Shown: positions 21,997-40,773 of the stretch, piece by piece
Position numbering within the stretch: the stretch's first letter is position 1
Layout: every line of letters begins with the position of its first letter
Assembly: GCF_018977255.1 (NCBI RefSeq)
Contig: NW_024705414.1
Span: 1-46,527, forward strand
Source: Callorhinchus milii
Taxonomy: Eukaryota
Reading direction: 5' to 3'
DNA length: 46,527 nt
The notes under the pieces: model-generated
What the model was told of the DNA's origin: nothing
The model's database searches: none
The model's input: the letters and a program-made list of their open reading frames with translations, nothing else
Translations under genes and position numbers: made by a program

Positions 21997-24205
21997 ATGA
22001 ACGAAAACACCTTCTCCCGCATTCGGCTCTGGTGTCCGCGGCCGTTTTCTGGCTACGGACCGAACAAGACCGCCTGCTGCGTGGGTCTGAAACCGGCAAC
22101 GGCGGCAGCGGCCGGTACCGGGGGGGGCGGCGAAGCCCGGCTGAAGGAAGGCGAGGTGCCCACGGCGACCGGGACGAATTCGGTGGCCCCTTGCCCTGCC
22201 GCCGGCGGCCTGGAGCGTCGTCGTTGGGGGGCAACGGCAACGACGGCGGTGGTGGAGGAGGAGGAGGAGGAAGAGGAGGCGGAGGAGGAGGAGGAAGAGC
22301 AGGGCAACCAGGTGATGTTGGACACGTGGTACGTCATCAAACCGGGCAACACCAGGGAGAAGATCGCCTTTTTCGTGGCGCACCAGTGCGGAGTGACCGG
22401 TACCGGCACCGGTACCGGCACCGGCTCCCGGCACAACCTCAACAGCATGAAGGTCAAAGGCAACTGGGAGACAGATGGCACCAAACCCAAGAGGAGGAGG
22501 AAGTCCCACGACCCCGGTAAACGGCCGCCTGGCCACCCCGGTGGCCGGGAAACCGGTCAGACCGAGACCCTCCGCCTCTGCCCGGCGGGGCCCGGCGACT
22601 CGTCCGCCGGCGGCGGCCCCGTGTGCCACACGGACTTGGTGTCGGTGGCCGAGATGGTGGCGTTGGTGGAGCAGAGGGCGAGCGCCGCGCTGCGCGGCTA
22701 TGCCAAGCCCTGCCGCCACCCGGACACCGACACCAACCCCGACCCACCGACGACGTCTCCGGTGGTCAGCCGGGTCGACGAGGAAGACGATGATGAGGAG
22801 GAAGGTGGCGTCGAGTCCAGGGGAGCGCCGGACACCAACCGGGTGGCCGAAGCCATCGCCAAGATCGAGTCCGGTTTGCGGGAGCCACCGGGCGGCGGCG
22901 GCGGAGGCGGCGGAGGCGAGGAGGAGGAGGAGGAGGAGGAGGAGAAGGCTCTACCGAGGAGGAACGGGTTGTCGAAGGGGGAAGGGTCCGTTCCCGGGGG
23001 GAAGGCGGGGGGCGAGGTGAGGATCGCCTTCCGCGTGGCCAGCTCGGACAACCGGGCGACCGGGGAGCCACCGGTGGCCCACGCCAACCACGCCGGTGCC
23101 AACGCCGGCTGCATCTTCGTGAGCTGCAACCGGCAGGCGGTACCGGGACTCCGCCGGTCGGTGGAGAAGATCACCTGCGACCTGTACCAGCTCATCGGTC
23201 CCTCGCCCGACGGGGCTTTCCCCCCGGAGATCGGTCCCGACCGGGCGGGGGGCGTCTCCGGTTCCGCCGCCGTCGCCTCCGCCGCCAAACCGGCCACCGA
23301 GACCCCCGCCGACCGTCTTAACGGCTTCCACCTGGAGGTGGTGGTGACCGGCGGGGTGGAACCGTGCGTGTTTTTCGGCGAGGGGTCCGAGGAGGAGAGC
23401 CCCGGGACCGGGGTCGTGGGGCCACCGGGGGGCCCGGGAGGAGGAGGGGCCCCGGCCACCGTACGCGTGACCGTCAGCCCCGACCCCCAGCGCCGGTCCC
23501 TGGAGGAGGAGGAAGAAGCGGAGGAGGTGGAGGAAGAGGAGCCGTTACCGGGACAACTCTTCCTGCTCCACCGGCCCCCGGCGGGGCGCGCCCGGGGCTC
23601 GGGACCCGGGGGAGAGGCTCCCGGGCGCGGGGAGGGCGGCGGGAGCCTCGAGAGGAGGACAGCGGGGGGGGGCGGAGTAGGCGGCGGCGGCGGCGGCGGA
23701 GGGGGCGGCGGCGGCGGCGGGTCGGAGCCCATGTACTGCCTGTACCACCGGGTGTCTCACGACTTCCTGGAGATCCGGTTCAAGATCCAGCGGCTGCTGG
23801 AGCCCCGCCGGTACCTGCTGCTCCTTCCCGACCACATCACGGTCGGTATCCTCCGGTGCCTGCCCACCCGGTCGCTCGGCCGCCCTCAAGTGCACGTGCC
23901 GCCACTTCCGCGCCCTGATCGAGACCTACGGGGTCCGGGCCACCGACTGCCGGTGGAACCGGGACCCGCTGTACCGGGACGACCCCTGCAAGCAGTGCAA
24001 GCGCCGGTACCGGCGGGGCGACGTCTCGCTGTGCCGTTGGCACCCGAAACCTTACCACCACGACCTGCCTTACGGTCGCTCGTACTGGATGTGCTGCCGA
24101 CAGAAGTACCGGGAGAGCCCGGGCTGCCGGGTCGGTCTCCACGACAACAACTGGCTGCCCCCGGTCACCGGCGACGGACCCGCCAAGAGGGAGGAGGGCA
24201 GGTGA
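21997..24205 (+). CDS. FBXO46: F-box protein 46, single coding exon, ~735 aa after correcting a +1 frameshift at ~23877-23879
   Basis: VMLDTWYVIKPGNTREKIAFFVAHQC, LVSVAEMVALVEQR, EVRIAFRV, KITCDLYQL, FHLEVVVTG and LYHRVSHDFLEIRFKIQRLLEPR. After removing one base the frame continues AALKCTCRHFRALIETYGVRATDCRWNRDPLYRDDPCKQCK...GCRVGLHDNNW...KREEGR-TGA (24203-24205). Acceptor TTGCAG ends at 21847. Confidence 0.93.
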
Positions 24206-24217
24206 TAGGCTCTCCCC

Positions 24218-24250
<33 letters not shown>

Positions 24251-24850
24251 CTTCCCTCCCTCTCTCTTTCCCTCCTTTTTCTTCTCCTCGACGCGCTCCC
24301 CCCACCCCCACCCTCCTCTCTCTCTCTCTTCTTCGCCCCTCTCCCCCTCCTCTCTTCCTCCCTCCTTTTTCCTCTCCCCCCCCCATCCCCGACGCGCTCC
24401 CAACCCCCCCCCCTCTCCTCTCTCCTTCCCCCCCTCTCTTCCTCCCTTTTTCTCTTCCCCCATCCCCGACGCACTCCCCCCCCCCTCTCGCCTCTCCTTC
24501 CCTCTCTTTTCCTTCCCTCCCTTTTTCTCTCTCCCCCCCCCCCATCCCCGACGCGCTCCCCCCACTCTCTCGCTCTCTCTTCTTCCTCTCTCCTTCCCTC
24601 TCTCTTCCCCCTCTCCTCTCTCTCTCTCTCTCTCGCTCCTCCACTCCTCGTCCTCACCCCTCCACAACCCCCCCCCCAACCCCCACCGCGTCTCTCGTCT
24701 CTCTCTCTCTCTCTGTCTGACTCTCCTCTCACCTCTCCTCTCCCTCTCCCCCTTCCTCATTCACCCTCTCTGACTTCCTCGTTCTCTTCTCTCATCTCCT
24801 CCCTTCATCTCCCTCCACCTTCTCTCCTTTATCTCGGCCCACTCGTACTT

Positions 24851-24885
<35 letters not shown>

Positions 24886-25704
24886 TCTTCCTTTATCTCT
24901 CCTCTTCTTCATTTCTCATCTCCTATTCCCCCTCTCTCTCTCTCCCCCTCTCTTGTTATCTCCCCCTCTGTCTCTCTACCCCCCCTCTCTCTCTCACTCT
25001 CTCTCTCCCCCCCACCCCCACTCCCTCCCTCCTTGCCTCTAACAGAGCAGGTTAATGTGTGTGTGTGTGTGTGGTGTGGTGGGGGGGGGGTAAGGAGTCA
25101 ATGACATTTCAGTGTCAGTTGTTGAACGCATGATGATGATGATGATGATGATGATGTCTATTTTATTTCCGTTTGATCCCTGTGGTTGGAAAGGGGGGTG
25201 GGGGGGGGGGGGACGTGGGGTGAAGTGGGGGGGAGTTTGACCCAAAGCCCGTGTCCGTGTCGGCACATATTTTAGCGGAATATGTGGCTTTGTATCGTTC
25301 AAAGAATATATATATATATATTAATATCAAATTCCAAGTGGTATTCCCGTGAGTTCAACTGGAAAATTGTTCCCATTAGTGTCTCCCTCCCCCCAACCCC
25401 CACCCCACCCCAGCCCCCACACCCCCCCCAGCCCCCCACAACTCCCCCCCCCAGCCTCCCACAACCCCCCCCCAGCCCCCCAACCCCCCCCCCCAGCCCC
25501 CCAACCCCCTTTTATCAGGTCAACGCAGACCCTAATCTGCGCTGTTTGTTATCGGGATTTCTCAATGGGAAACGTGTGATGGTGGGATTTCTGGAGCCTG
25601 GAATCTGCTGGGAAGTGGTGGGGGGGGGGGGGGGGGGGTGGAGGAGGGGGAGAGGTGTTATAGAGGGGCACAATTATAGAGGGGGGACGTGGGATTCAAG
25701 GGCT

Positions 25705-26030
25705 GCGTTTTATACAGAGGGGGATATACAGGGGGTGTTATACAGAGGGGGTTATACAGGGGGGTGTTATACAGAGGGGGTTATACAGGGGGGTGTTATA
25801 CAGAGGGGGTTATACAGGGGGTGTTATACAGAGGGGGTTATACAGGGGGGTGTTATACAGAGGAGGTTATAAGGGGGTGTTATACAGAGGGGGATATACA
25901 GAGAGTGTTATACAGAGGGGGTTATACAGGGGGGTGTTATATAGAGGGGGTTATACAGGGGGGTGTTATACAGAGGGGGTTATACAGGGGGTGTTATACA
26001 GAGGGGGTTATACAGGGGGTGTTGTACAAG
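25705..26030. repeat. ~28-29-bp minisatellite
   Basis: TATACAGAGGGGGTTATACAGGGGGGTGT repeated. Confidence 0.92.
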
Positions 26031-26529
26031 GGCTCCAGGTTTGCAGAAATTAAAACACTCGCACATTTCCTATTAAGAAATCCCTTGAGGAACTTCGCAA
26101 GTTAGAGAGACGGCGAAAAGTCTTTTTATTGGTCAGTTTCGACGTAAAAATGTGATTCCCCCCCCCCCAAAAAAAAAGGGGGGGGGTTTCGCCCACAAGA
26201 TACACAGTCACTACACTTCACAACGTACGCCGTGAAGCACTTTCTCTCTCCAAAAAAAGAGCCTTCGGTCTGTTTCGCTCGCGATTGAAATTCAACACCT
26301 TAAATCGCTGCTTTTTTTTTCCCCCCATTTCCGTATCTTTTTTCAGCTCAAAAATTCCCCCCACTTCTCCCCTCTCTCTCTCTCCCTCGTGGTACCAAAT
26401 CACTTGAGCGTGTGTGTGTTTTTTTGGGGGGTTGGGGTTTGGGAAAGTAAAGTCTAATTTGCGACATTTCTTAAAACCTTTTCTGAATCGGAAAAGAAAG
26501 CTGTTGTTGATATTATTATTCTTTGTGGG

Positions 26530-26965
26530 GAGCCATCGCCTCGCAAACCATTCGATTCCCGGGCGGGTCAAGTCAGGGGGATACCTTTGGGCAAACCTCC
26601 TTACTCCACACACACACACACCCACACACACACCCACACACACACCCACACACAGACGCACACCCAAACACACCCACATACACAGACGCACACACACAAC
26701 ACACACGCCTCGCTTTTCCAGGGGTAATAATCCCTTCCCCCCCCCTTCCCTTTCCCCCCCACCGCCCCCAGCCCCCCAAAAAAAATTGGGGCTCACTCCA
26801 CAGACGACTGTTTGTGGGACGCTGCTGTGCGCAATCGGCTGCCGCGATTTACCCCACAAATGCACACTTTTACTGTGAAGCGCTTTGAGACGTCGCGACG
26901 ATGTCATGAGGCGTTCTATCAAATGCAAGAATTATTATTATTATTATTGTTGTTGTTGTTATTAA
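26530..26965 (+). mobile_element. Near full-length SINE copy (head remnant, CA tract, Deu-like core, L2-like tail)
   Basis: TTCGATTCCCGGG head; CCTTACTCCA(CA)n; GACTGTTTGTGGGACGCTGCTGTGCGCAATCGGCTGCCGCG core; TGTGAAGCGCTTTGAGACG...GGCGTTCTATCAAATGCAAG-(TAT/TGT)n tail. Confidence 0.75.
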
Positions 26966-27204
26966 TATTATTCCCGTTTTCCAATGCGCGACGCCAGGAA
27001 ACCTCACCTGTGCCGGGGTGGGGAGTGGGTGGTGGGGGGGGGGGGGTGGGGGGTGGAATTTTTTGGCAATTTGCCTCCCTTCCCCCACCCTCCCTTCCGC
27101 CCCCACCCCGTTAGGAAATCGGTTGAGGAAACCGCAGTGAATGATTATCACCGAAATCGGGGCTATTTTTTTTGCTGTTGGTCAAACCGTCGACAGACAT
27201 TTTC

Positions 27205-27570
27205 ACTCTCCCCAACCCCTCCTCTCTCTTCCCACCCCCCCAACCCCTCCTCTCTCTTCCCACCCCCCCCAACCCCTCCTCTCTCTTCCCACCCCCCCCA
27301 ACCCCTCCTCTCTCTTCCCACCCCTCCCAACCCCTCCTCTCTCTTCCCCCCCCCCAACCCCTCCTCTCTCTCCTTCCCCTCCCCAACCCCTCCTCTCTCT
27401 CTCCCCCCCCAACCCCTCCTCTCTCTCCCCCCCCTCCCAAATCCCTCCTCTCTCTCCTTCCCCCTCCCAAACCCCTCCTCTCTTTCCCCCCCTCCCCAAC
27501 CCCTCCTCTCTCTCCCCCACCACAGACATTTCCCCCCTCTCCAACCCCTCCTCTCTCCCCCCCCTCCCCA
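27205..27570. repeat. ~28-30-bp pyrimidine-rich minisatellite
   Basis: CCAACCCCTCCTCTCTCTTCCCACCCCC repeated. Confidence 0.88.
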
Positions 27571-28630
27571 CCACAGAAACATGTGCTTTTTTTTCCTTTT
27601 AAAAGCAAAATGAAAGCTATTCCTGTGATTGATGCTGTATGTTTCCGTGGAGATGTATAAAGTTTTTTTTTTACGAAACAAAATAAGGGAAACTTTTTCG
27701 CCTCTGATTATTCTTTCGCGGCTCAAGTCAACGGAGAGACCCCCTTTGCCCCCTTCCTTTTGGGGAGGGACGTCCTCCCGACGTGAAAGGCGCTCTATAA
27801 ATGGAATCTTGTTGTTGTTGTTGTTGTTGAAGTGTCTCTCACACACACATACAGTGTCACACACTCACTCAGACACACACACAGTGCCTCACACACACAC
27901 TCAGTGTCTCACACACATACACACACACTCACCCAGACTCAGACACACAGCGTCACACTCACACACTCTCACGTCCCCACTCCCGCACCCACACTTTATT
28001 TCACCCACTCGCACTCCTTTTTTCTCTCACTCACATCTTTCATCACTCTGTCTTTCTCGCGCTCACACACAGTCGAACACGCACTCTCACACTTTCTCAC
28101 ACTCCCTCCCTCGCTCACACGTACTCTTCTCACACTAAAATGGTTTCTCAAACTCTCTATCTCCATCTTACACTCTTATCTCTCAACCACATTCTCTTTT
28201 TCTTCTATCAGTCTCTCTCCCTCACACACACACATTCTCTCTCTCTCTCACACACTCATACTCTCTTTCACACACACTCTCACACTCATACACTCTCACA
28301 AACATGATTTCTCATTGTCTCACACACACACATCGTCTCTGACACACAGTTTCTCTCTTACACACTCACAAACACACTATTTCTCTCATCCTCTCTCACA
28401 CAGTCTCTGACACACACACAGACACACTCTCTCACACTCATACTCTCTTTCACACACACTCTCACTCATACCCTCTCACAAACATGATTTCTCTCTCACT
28501 CTCTCTCACACACACATCGTCTCTGACACAGTTTCTCTCTTACACACTCACACTCACAAACACACGATTTCTCTCATACTTCCTCTCACGTTGTCTCTGA
28601 CACACACACTCATACACTCTCTCACTCTGT

Positions 28631-28667
<37 letters not shown>

Positions 28668-29223
28668 TCGATAACACCCCCTCTATCTCTTCCCCTCTCT
28701 CTATCTCACACACACACACTCTCTCTCTCTCTCTCTCTGTATGGGAGGAAGTGTTACGGATGAACAAACCTCCCTGCGCAGCCTCACTGATCCGGCCACG
28801 TGTGTGAGTGTGTAAGACAGAGAGAGAGAGGAGAGTGAGAGAGAGGGGGAGAGTGAGTGAGAGGAAGATAGAGAGAGGGGGCGAGTGAGTGAGAGGGAGA
28901 TAGAGAGAGGGGGAGAGTGAGTGAGAGAGGGGTAGAGAGAGAGAGGGGGAGAGTGAGTGAGAGATAGAGAGAGAGGGGGAGAGTGAGAGAGAGGGGGATA
29001 GAGAGAGAGGGGGGAGTGAGAGAGAGGGGGAGAGTGAGAGAGAGGGGGATAGAAAGAGAGGGGGAGAGTGAGTGAGAGGGGGATAGAGAGAGGGGGAGAG
29101 TGAGTGAGCGTGAGAGGGCGGTACAGAGAGAGGACGGGGGGAGGGAGGATGTGAGTGAGTGAGTGAGTGAGTGACAGACGAGAGAGATGGAGTCTGTGTG
29201 AGTGACTTGTGGGTGAGTTGGCG

Positions 29224-33082
<3,859 letters not shown>

Positions 33083-34254
33083 ACGAGGCCTCCCACAACC
33101 TTCCGTCTGCGAGGGGTGGGGGGGTTGTGTGTGGGGGTGGGAGTGGGGGTTGCAGGAGAAGCGGGGAGAGGAGAGGAGAGAGCGGGAAGGGGAGGGGTGG
33201 CAAAGTGAGGAGAAAGGTGGCAGAGGAGAGGGGCGAGAGAGAGAGAGAGAGAGAGGGGTGGGGAGAAAGAAGGGAAAGGGGGTGGGGCGAGGGGGGAGTG
33301 GGGGTCAGTGACTTGACTCAAAACTGACTGACTGACTGGGGTCACTGCCCCCCCCCGCCCCCCCCACCAACCACCACCACCGTCCCCCCCAAGTTTCCAA
33401 ACCCAACCTCTCATTCCCAAACCTCTTCGGGTGTTTTTTTTCTAGATTTTTTCCCCCAATTCCCCCCCCCCCAGTTCGCCTCCGAATTTCTCTCAGGGAC
33501 TCTGAGCTCACAGTCCAGGCGATGCCCCGGGGGCAGCGTTGGGAGTGAGGGGGGGAGAGAGAGAGAGAGAGAGACAGAGCACCACAGTCGATCGGGGGAA
33601 TCACCTTTCGGGGGTAATAAACCCTTCAAAACAATAATAATTCGGACAGACTTCACGTGGATATTATTTAATTGGCAATTGTTTGACATTCAAATAAAAT
33701 AATTTTATGGTTCAGTAATAAAAATGTTTAAACAAATCCGCAAATAAAAAAAAGGAAAAATATTCTGGTTAAAACCTGCGGAATATTTATTGTCTGTGGG
33801 ACATTCCCCACAGAGGGAATATTAGAGAGAAAAAATTATATTCCGTGTTGTCGCACATATAATTCCTTCAAAATAAAATAATTCGGTCACTTCAATCCAC
33901 GACTGTTTGTGGGGACGTCGATGGGCGCAATCGGATGCTGCGTTTCGCCCACAAAACACACAGTCACTACACTTCGCAGTCTGTCCCTTTGAAGCGCTTT
34001 GAGACGTCTCAAAGACGTGATAAGGCGCCGGGTCCAATGCCGGGATCATTATCTTCTTGTTATGTAATCGGTTTAAATTTTATATAACAATAATATTACA
34101 ATAATATTAATAATAATATCATTTAAATTCGCTGATCGGAAATTCTCTCCGTAAAAATCCGCCTGAGGATTATTTTTCCACTTTTTATCCCGATCTTCGC
34201 GTCGTTCTGTAATTGTTTTTACGTCGAAGAAAAAAAAATAACATTTAAAAATAT

Positions 34255-34450
34255 GTTGCGAGGCGAGGGGTCTAACCCCCCCCCTTACGAGGCGTCTCAC
34301 CCCCCCGAGCGAGGCGAGGGGTCTAACCCCCCCCTTGCGAGGTGAGGGGTCTAACCCCCACCCCTTGCGAGGCGTCTCACCCCCCCCTTGCGAGGCGAGG
34401 GGTCTAACCCCCCCCTTGCGAGGCGAGGGGTCTCACCCCCCCCTTGCGAC
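34255..34450. repeat. ~29-bp imperfect tandem repeat
   Basis: TTGCGAGGCGAGGGGTCTAACCCCCCCC variants. Confidence 0.85.
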
Positions 34451-34732
34451 CTCATCACTCTTGTCGAGACGTCTCAAAAGCGCTTCACGGAACACACTGT
34501 AAAGTGTAGTGACTGTACATGTTGTGGGCAAAAGTGGCAGCCAATTTGGGGGGTTGGGGGGGGGGAAGGATTTTTTTTTGGGGGTGGTGGGGGGGACGAT
34601 TACCTCCGGAAAGCGATCGGCCGGTCGACTAACGAGTTCGGGTTCGTTCCTACTTACTGAGGTGTGTAAGGAAACTGGGGGGGGTGGTGGGGGGGGAGTG
34701 GGGTGGGGGGGAAATGGGGGGAACGCAAGATC

Positions 34733-34765
<33 letters not shown>

Positions 34766-34988
34766 AGGGAGGGAGAGGGAAGCCAAGAGGTTTTATGTAT
34801 GTTTTGATTTTATTTCCTTCTTACACGGACAACGATCAACCGGAGGGACACCCGATCACAAACACCACCGAAAATATCGGGCGAAGATAAAATAGTTTGT
34901 GAGCGGCTGTGATTTTCCCCCCTTCTCCCCCCGCGCACCCCCCCCCCAACACCAACCAATAATAATAATAATAATAATCCTTGCATTT

Positions 34989-35350
34989 GACACCCACGGA
35001 AACCCGTCACCGTGACCGGTCGGGTGTCTGACACACACGGAAACCCGTCACCGTGACCGGTCGGGTGTCTGACACACACACAACGGAAACCCGTCACCGT
35101 GACCGGTCGGGTGTCTGACACACACACACGGAAACCCGTCACCGTGACCGGTCGGGTGTCTGACACACACACGGAAACCCGTCACCGTGACCGGTCGGGT
35201 GTCTGACACACACGGAAACCCGTCACCGTGACCGGTCGGGTGTCTGACACACACGGAAATCCGTCACCGTGACCGGTCGGGTGTCTGACACACACGGAAA
35301 CCCGTCACCGTGACCGGTCGGGCGTCCGACACACACGGAAACCCGTCACT
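34989..35350. repeat. 41-47-bp CpG-rich tandem repeat (8 full copies plus a partial)
   Basis: GA(CA)nCGGAAACCCGTCACCGTGACCGGTCGGGTGTCT; units differ almost only in CA number. Confidence 0.95.
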
Positions 35351-35783
35351 GTGGCTTAAGAGTCTCCGAACCCGACCGAGAATTCCCCACATCCCCTCCA
35401 CACCCGGGAACCCCAGAGAGAGAGTGTCGGGATGGGATGCGCTCTCTCTCTCTCTCTCTCTCTGGAGGGACGCCCTCTGTTTACCTAATTCCGGAGAGTA
35501 TTAGGCGCAGGTTGGGCGAGAGCCGAGGCTTGTGGGGTGGGGGGGGGGAGGTATGGAGGGAGGGGGGGAGGATGCCCAGAGAATTTGTCTCCCTCCGGTG
35601 GTGAATGCGAGGAACCACAACCCCTGGAACTCCACAGGGATTACTGACCAGTGTAGTGACTGTGTGCGTGTGTTTTTTTTTGTAGGCAGCAGCTGCTTTG
35701 CACACAGACAACGTCCCCGCAAACAGCCGAGTGATTTTATCCGGGGTGGGGGTGGGGGGGGGGTGGGGGGATTGACTGCCAGC

Positions 35784-35823
<40 letters not shown>

Positions 35824-35978
35824 TCCCTTCTCATTTCCGGATATCATCATAATAATGCATTTGGTGTATGTTGCTGAACGTGCCACTCTGTCAGGTGTAG
35901 TGACTGTGTGTTTTGGGGGCCAATCGCGGTAGCCGATCGCGCCCGGCGACGTCCCCACGAACAGCCGGGGGTTGAAGC

Positions 35979-36003
35979 NNNNNNNNNNNNNNNNNNNNNN
36001 NNN
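35979..36003. other. Assembly gap (25 N)
   Basis: Run of N that truncates a SINE copy on the left and abuts a (CT)n tract on the right. Confidence 1.
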
Positions 36004-36034
<31 letters not shown>

Positions 36035-36295
36035 ACTCACTCACTCACTCACTCACTCACTCACTCACTCACTCTCGCTTTCTCTCACTCACACTCTCTC
36101 ACTCTCTCAGCGACTGTGACTCCAATCTCTCTCTCTGTCTCTCTCTCTCACTCACTCTCTCTCTCACTCACTCTCTCACTCACTCTCTCTTTCTCTCACT
36201 TACTCTTTCTCTCACTCACACTCTCTCGCTCTCTCAGCGACTGTGGCTCCAATCTCTCTCTCTCTCTCCGCGCGTTCCCCGGGAGCTGCTCCTGA

Positions 36296-37453
<1,158 letters not shown>

Positions 37454-37770
37454 CCCACACCCCGACCGCTGCTTGTTTATTTATTTGTTTTTGTCTCCGG
37501 CCGTTTAATGGCGACACAGACACACACACACACTCACACACACACACTCGCACACTCACACACACACTCGCACACTCACACACACACTCGCACACACACA
37601 CTCGCACACTCACACACACACTCGCGCACACACTCGCACACTCACACACACACTCGCACACACACACTCACACACTCACACACACACTCGCACACACACT
37701 TGCACACACAGACACACATTCCCCCGCTCTATCTCTCTCTCCCCATAGCCCTGATCAACCCCACTCCCCC

Positions 37771-37805
<35 letters not shown>

Positions 37806-39074
37806 ACCCCCCCCACACAGCCCTGCAAACTTGTCCTCCCCCTATTTGTGTGTGAGCGGCAGTTAATGTGAAGGGTGTGTCGATTTACTACCGTTATACG
37901 CTGTGTGTGGGTGTGTGTGTGTCCGACTCCGGTGACTCTGAGCAAAACTGTAAGACGTTAAACCCGGAAAGTCTGATTAAAGTCTTAATAATAACCCCGA
38001 CATTTGTCGCAGTGCCTGGTTTCTCTGTCACCCCTTTCTCTCGAACCCCCTCTCTCCCCTCTCCTCCTTGGGGGTGGTTCAGGGTCTTGTTACGTCGGTT
38101 TCTCTGTGAAGTGTAGTGACTGTGTGTTTGTTTGCGGGTGATTTGCGCACAGCTGTGAAAGGAGTGATTTTATCTGGTGGGGGTGAGGGGGGGGTTTGTC
38201 TGCCTTGACATCAGGAGAGAGAGAGAGAGAGAGCGGGGAATGGGGTTAGAGTAGAACACCTTCCCGCAGTCCCTCCGCCTCGCCCCCTCCCTCGCCCCCT
38301 CCCTCGCCACCTTCAAGACCCTCCTCTTCGACTGTGCTTTCGATGTCCCTCCTTGTTGTTGTTGCGTGTGTGTATACAAGTGTGTGTATGTGTGTGTTTG
38401 TATGTAAGTGTGTGTGTTTATGTGTGTATGTATGTGTATGTGTGTATAGTGTTTGTGTGTGTATGTGTGTATATTGTGTTTGTGTATGTGAGTGTATGTG
38501 TGTGTTTGTATGTAAGTGTGTGTGTTTATAGTGTGTGTGTGTGTATGTAATGTGTACGTGTCTTTGTGTGTGTGTGTATGTACGTACGTATGTGTATGTG
38601 TGTGTATGTAAGTGTGTTTGTGTGTGTGCACGCGCACGCGTGTGTGTGAGTGTGTATATGTGTGTGTGTGTGTGTGTGGGGTGGGGTGTTGGGAGGTGTC
38701 AGTGTTGTTGTCGAGTCCCTGTGAGGACGGAGGAGTTTTATGTGGGATAATAACATTTGTTTTTCACCGCCGTCACGGCTTCAGGGCCGGAACACACAGA
38801 CAGAGCAAACCGTCAGCCAAAGGCTAATCCTCGATCCGCGTCCCTCGTCAGCCCGTTTGATGTCTCCCCCTTTCCCCCCCACCTCTCTCCCCCCCCCCCC
38901 CCCTCTCCACACAGTCTCGAGCCCTAAAGACCAGTCTGGGCCGAGATCAACAGCAAGTCTCAAATTTTACTGTCAATCCACTACTGTTTGTGGGGACGTC
39001 GCTGAGTGCGATCGGCTGCCGGGTTTCGCCCACAAAACACACAGTCACTACACTTGACAGACAGACAGAGAGAC

Positions 39075-39118
<44 letters not shown>

Positions 39119-39159
39119 GGGGAGCGAGGTTTAGCGAAGTCATCCGAAGTCATGCGCGG

Positions 39160-39530
39160 AGCTATAACAATCCCCGGTGTTCGACCCGGCGCCCGATCAC
39201 GTCCTCGAGATGTCTCAAAGCGCTTCAGGGGACACGCCGTAAAGTGTAGTGACTGTGCGCTTTGCGGGCGAAATCGGCGGCAGCCGATCGCGCCCGGCGA
39301 CGGCCCCCCACAAAGTGCCGTGGGCTGAGCGGCCGCATTATAATTCTTCTTCTTTTCGGAGGGATTATTATCCCTGGAAGAGCGATCTACTGACTGCTGG
39401 TAAACAGAGGCGTGTGCGCATGCGTGTGCGCGTGTGCGAGCGTGTGTGGCGTGTGGAGTAAGGAAACTCGCCCAAAGTTTCGTCCCGACCTGCCCGGGAA
39501 TCGAAGTCAGGTCCTCTGCGGCTGACACTC
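39160..39530 (-). mobile_element. Near full-length SINE copy
   Basis: Reverse complement has a TTCGATTCCCGGG head, GAGTTTCCTTACTCCAC, the core and the GAAGCGCTTTGAGAC tail module. Confidence 0.75.
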
Positions 39531-40074
39531 GGAGACTCGGAGACACATTAGCCTTCTTTTTTTTTGGGGGGGGGGATCAATTAGTGTCTGAGTAAAAAGG
39601 GCTGTTGTTACCCATTAGAATGATTTAGTGTTACCTGTTCGTCGAGCGAGGATAGGATTGCACCCCGAGGACACTGAGGCTAACACCTCATTCCACTGCA
39701 ATGAATTGCAGCTCAAATGAGTCTCTTATCTGGAACCTTCCCGTACGCTGACACCCAACGCAGCAAAGGTCACCTCCCGTTCAGCCCCAGCGCTGCCGAG
39801 AGAGAGAGAGAGAGAGGGATAGAGAGAGGTACAGAGCGAGAACAAGAGATAGAGAGCAAGAGAGAGAGGAGAGAGAGAGAGAGATAGAGAGCGAGAGAGC
39901 GAGAGAGATATAGCGAGAGAGATGGAGAGTGAGAGAGAGATAGAAAGAGAGAGAGAGCGAAAGAGAGCGAGAGTTAAGAGAGAGATGGAGAGCAGAAGAA
40001 GAGCGAGGGGTAGAGAGAGATACAGAGAGACGGAGAGCGAAAGAGAGAGAGATAGATAGAGAGAGATGGAGAGC

Positions 40075-40110
<36 letters not shown>

Positions 40111-40673
40111 ATTCAGGACTGGAGTTTGGCTTCAGATGACAAAGAGCTTTAATTGGACAATTATAATCACATTCCGTCGGTCACATCAAAACGTCTCAAA
40201 AGCGCTTCACAGACACTTTACCGCCGACTGTAGTGACTGTCCCTGACCCGGCGCCTGCCGTGTCACGTCGGCGAGACGTCTCAAAGCGCTGCACGGGATA
40301 CACCGTCGAGCGTAGTGAGAGAGTAGCCCCCTGACCCCAGGCTGATTGACTGAGGAGAAGAGAGTGCGGTGTGGGATGGGGGGGGGGGGGGGGCTCCTGA
40401 TTCTCCCCGTGAGCGAGACAGCGATCAGCAGTGTCGCACAAGACCCCCGAGTCCTGGCTATCGCCCACCCCCCACCCCCCAGTGGGGACATAATCGGACA
40501 CGGGCTCAGCTCATCCCCAAAACCACAGGATTAGGGGGAGAACAGTTTTCATTACATAGAGAAACACATAGACACACAGAACACGTAGACCCAGACATAC
40601 ACAGAGACACACACACACACAGACAGACAGACACACACACACACACAGATGTGGCAGGAAGACCCCAGGTGTG

Positions 40674-40773
<100 letters not shown>

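Noticed and set aside
24206..24720. Pro/Ser/Leu-rich C-terminal extension of the 907-aa FBXO46 ORF
   Set aside because: It is read-through into CT-rich repeats caused by the +1 frameshift.
34989..35350. Regularly spaced palindromic repeats resembling a CRISPR array
   Set aside because: There are no unique spacers (only CA-number variation), no cas genes, and the context is vertebrate. It is a minisatellite.
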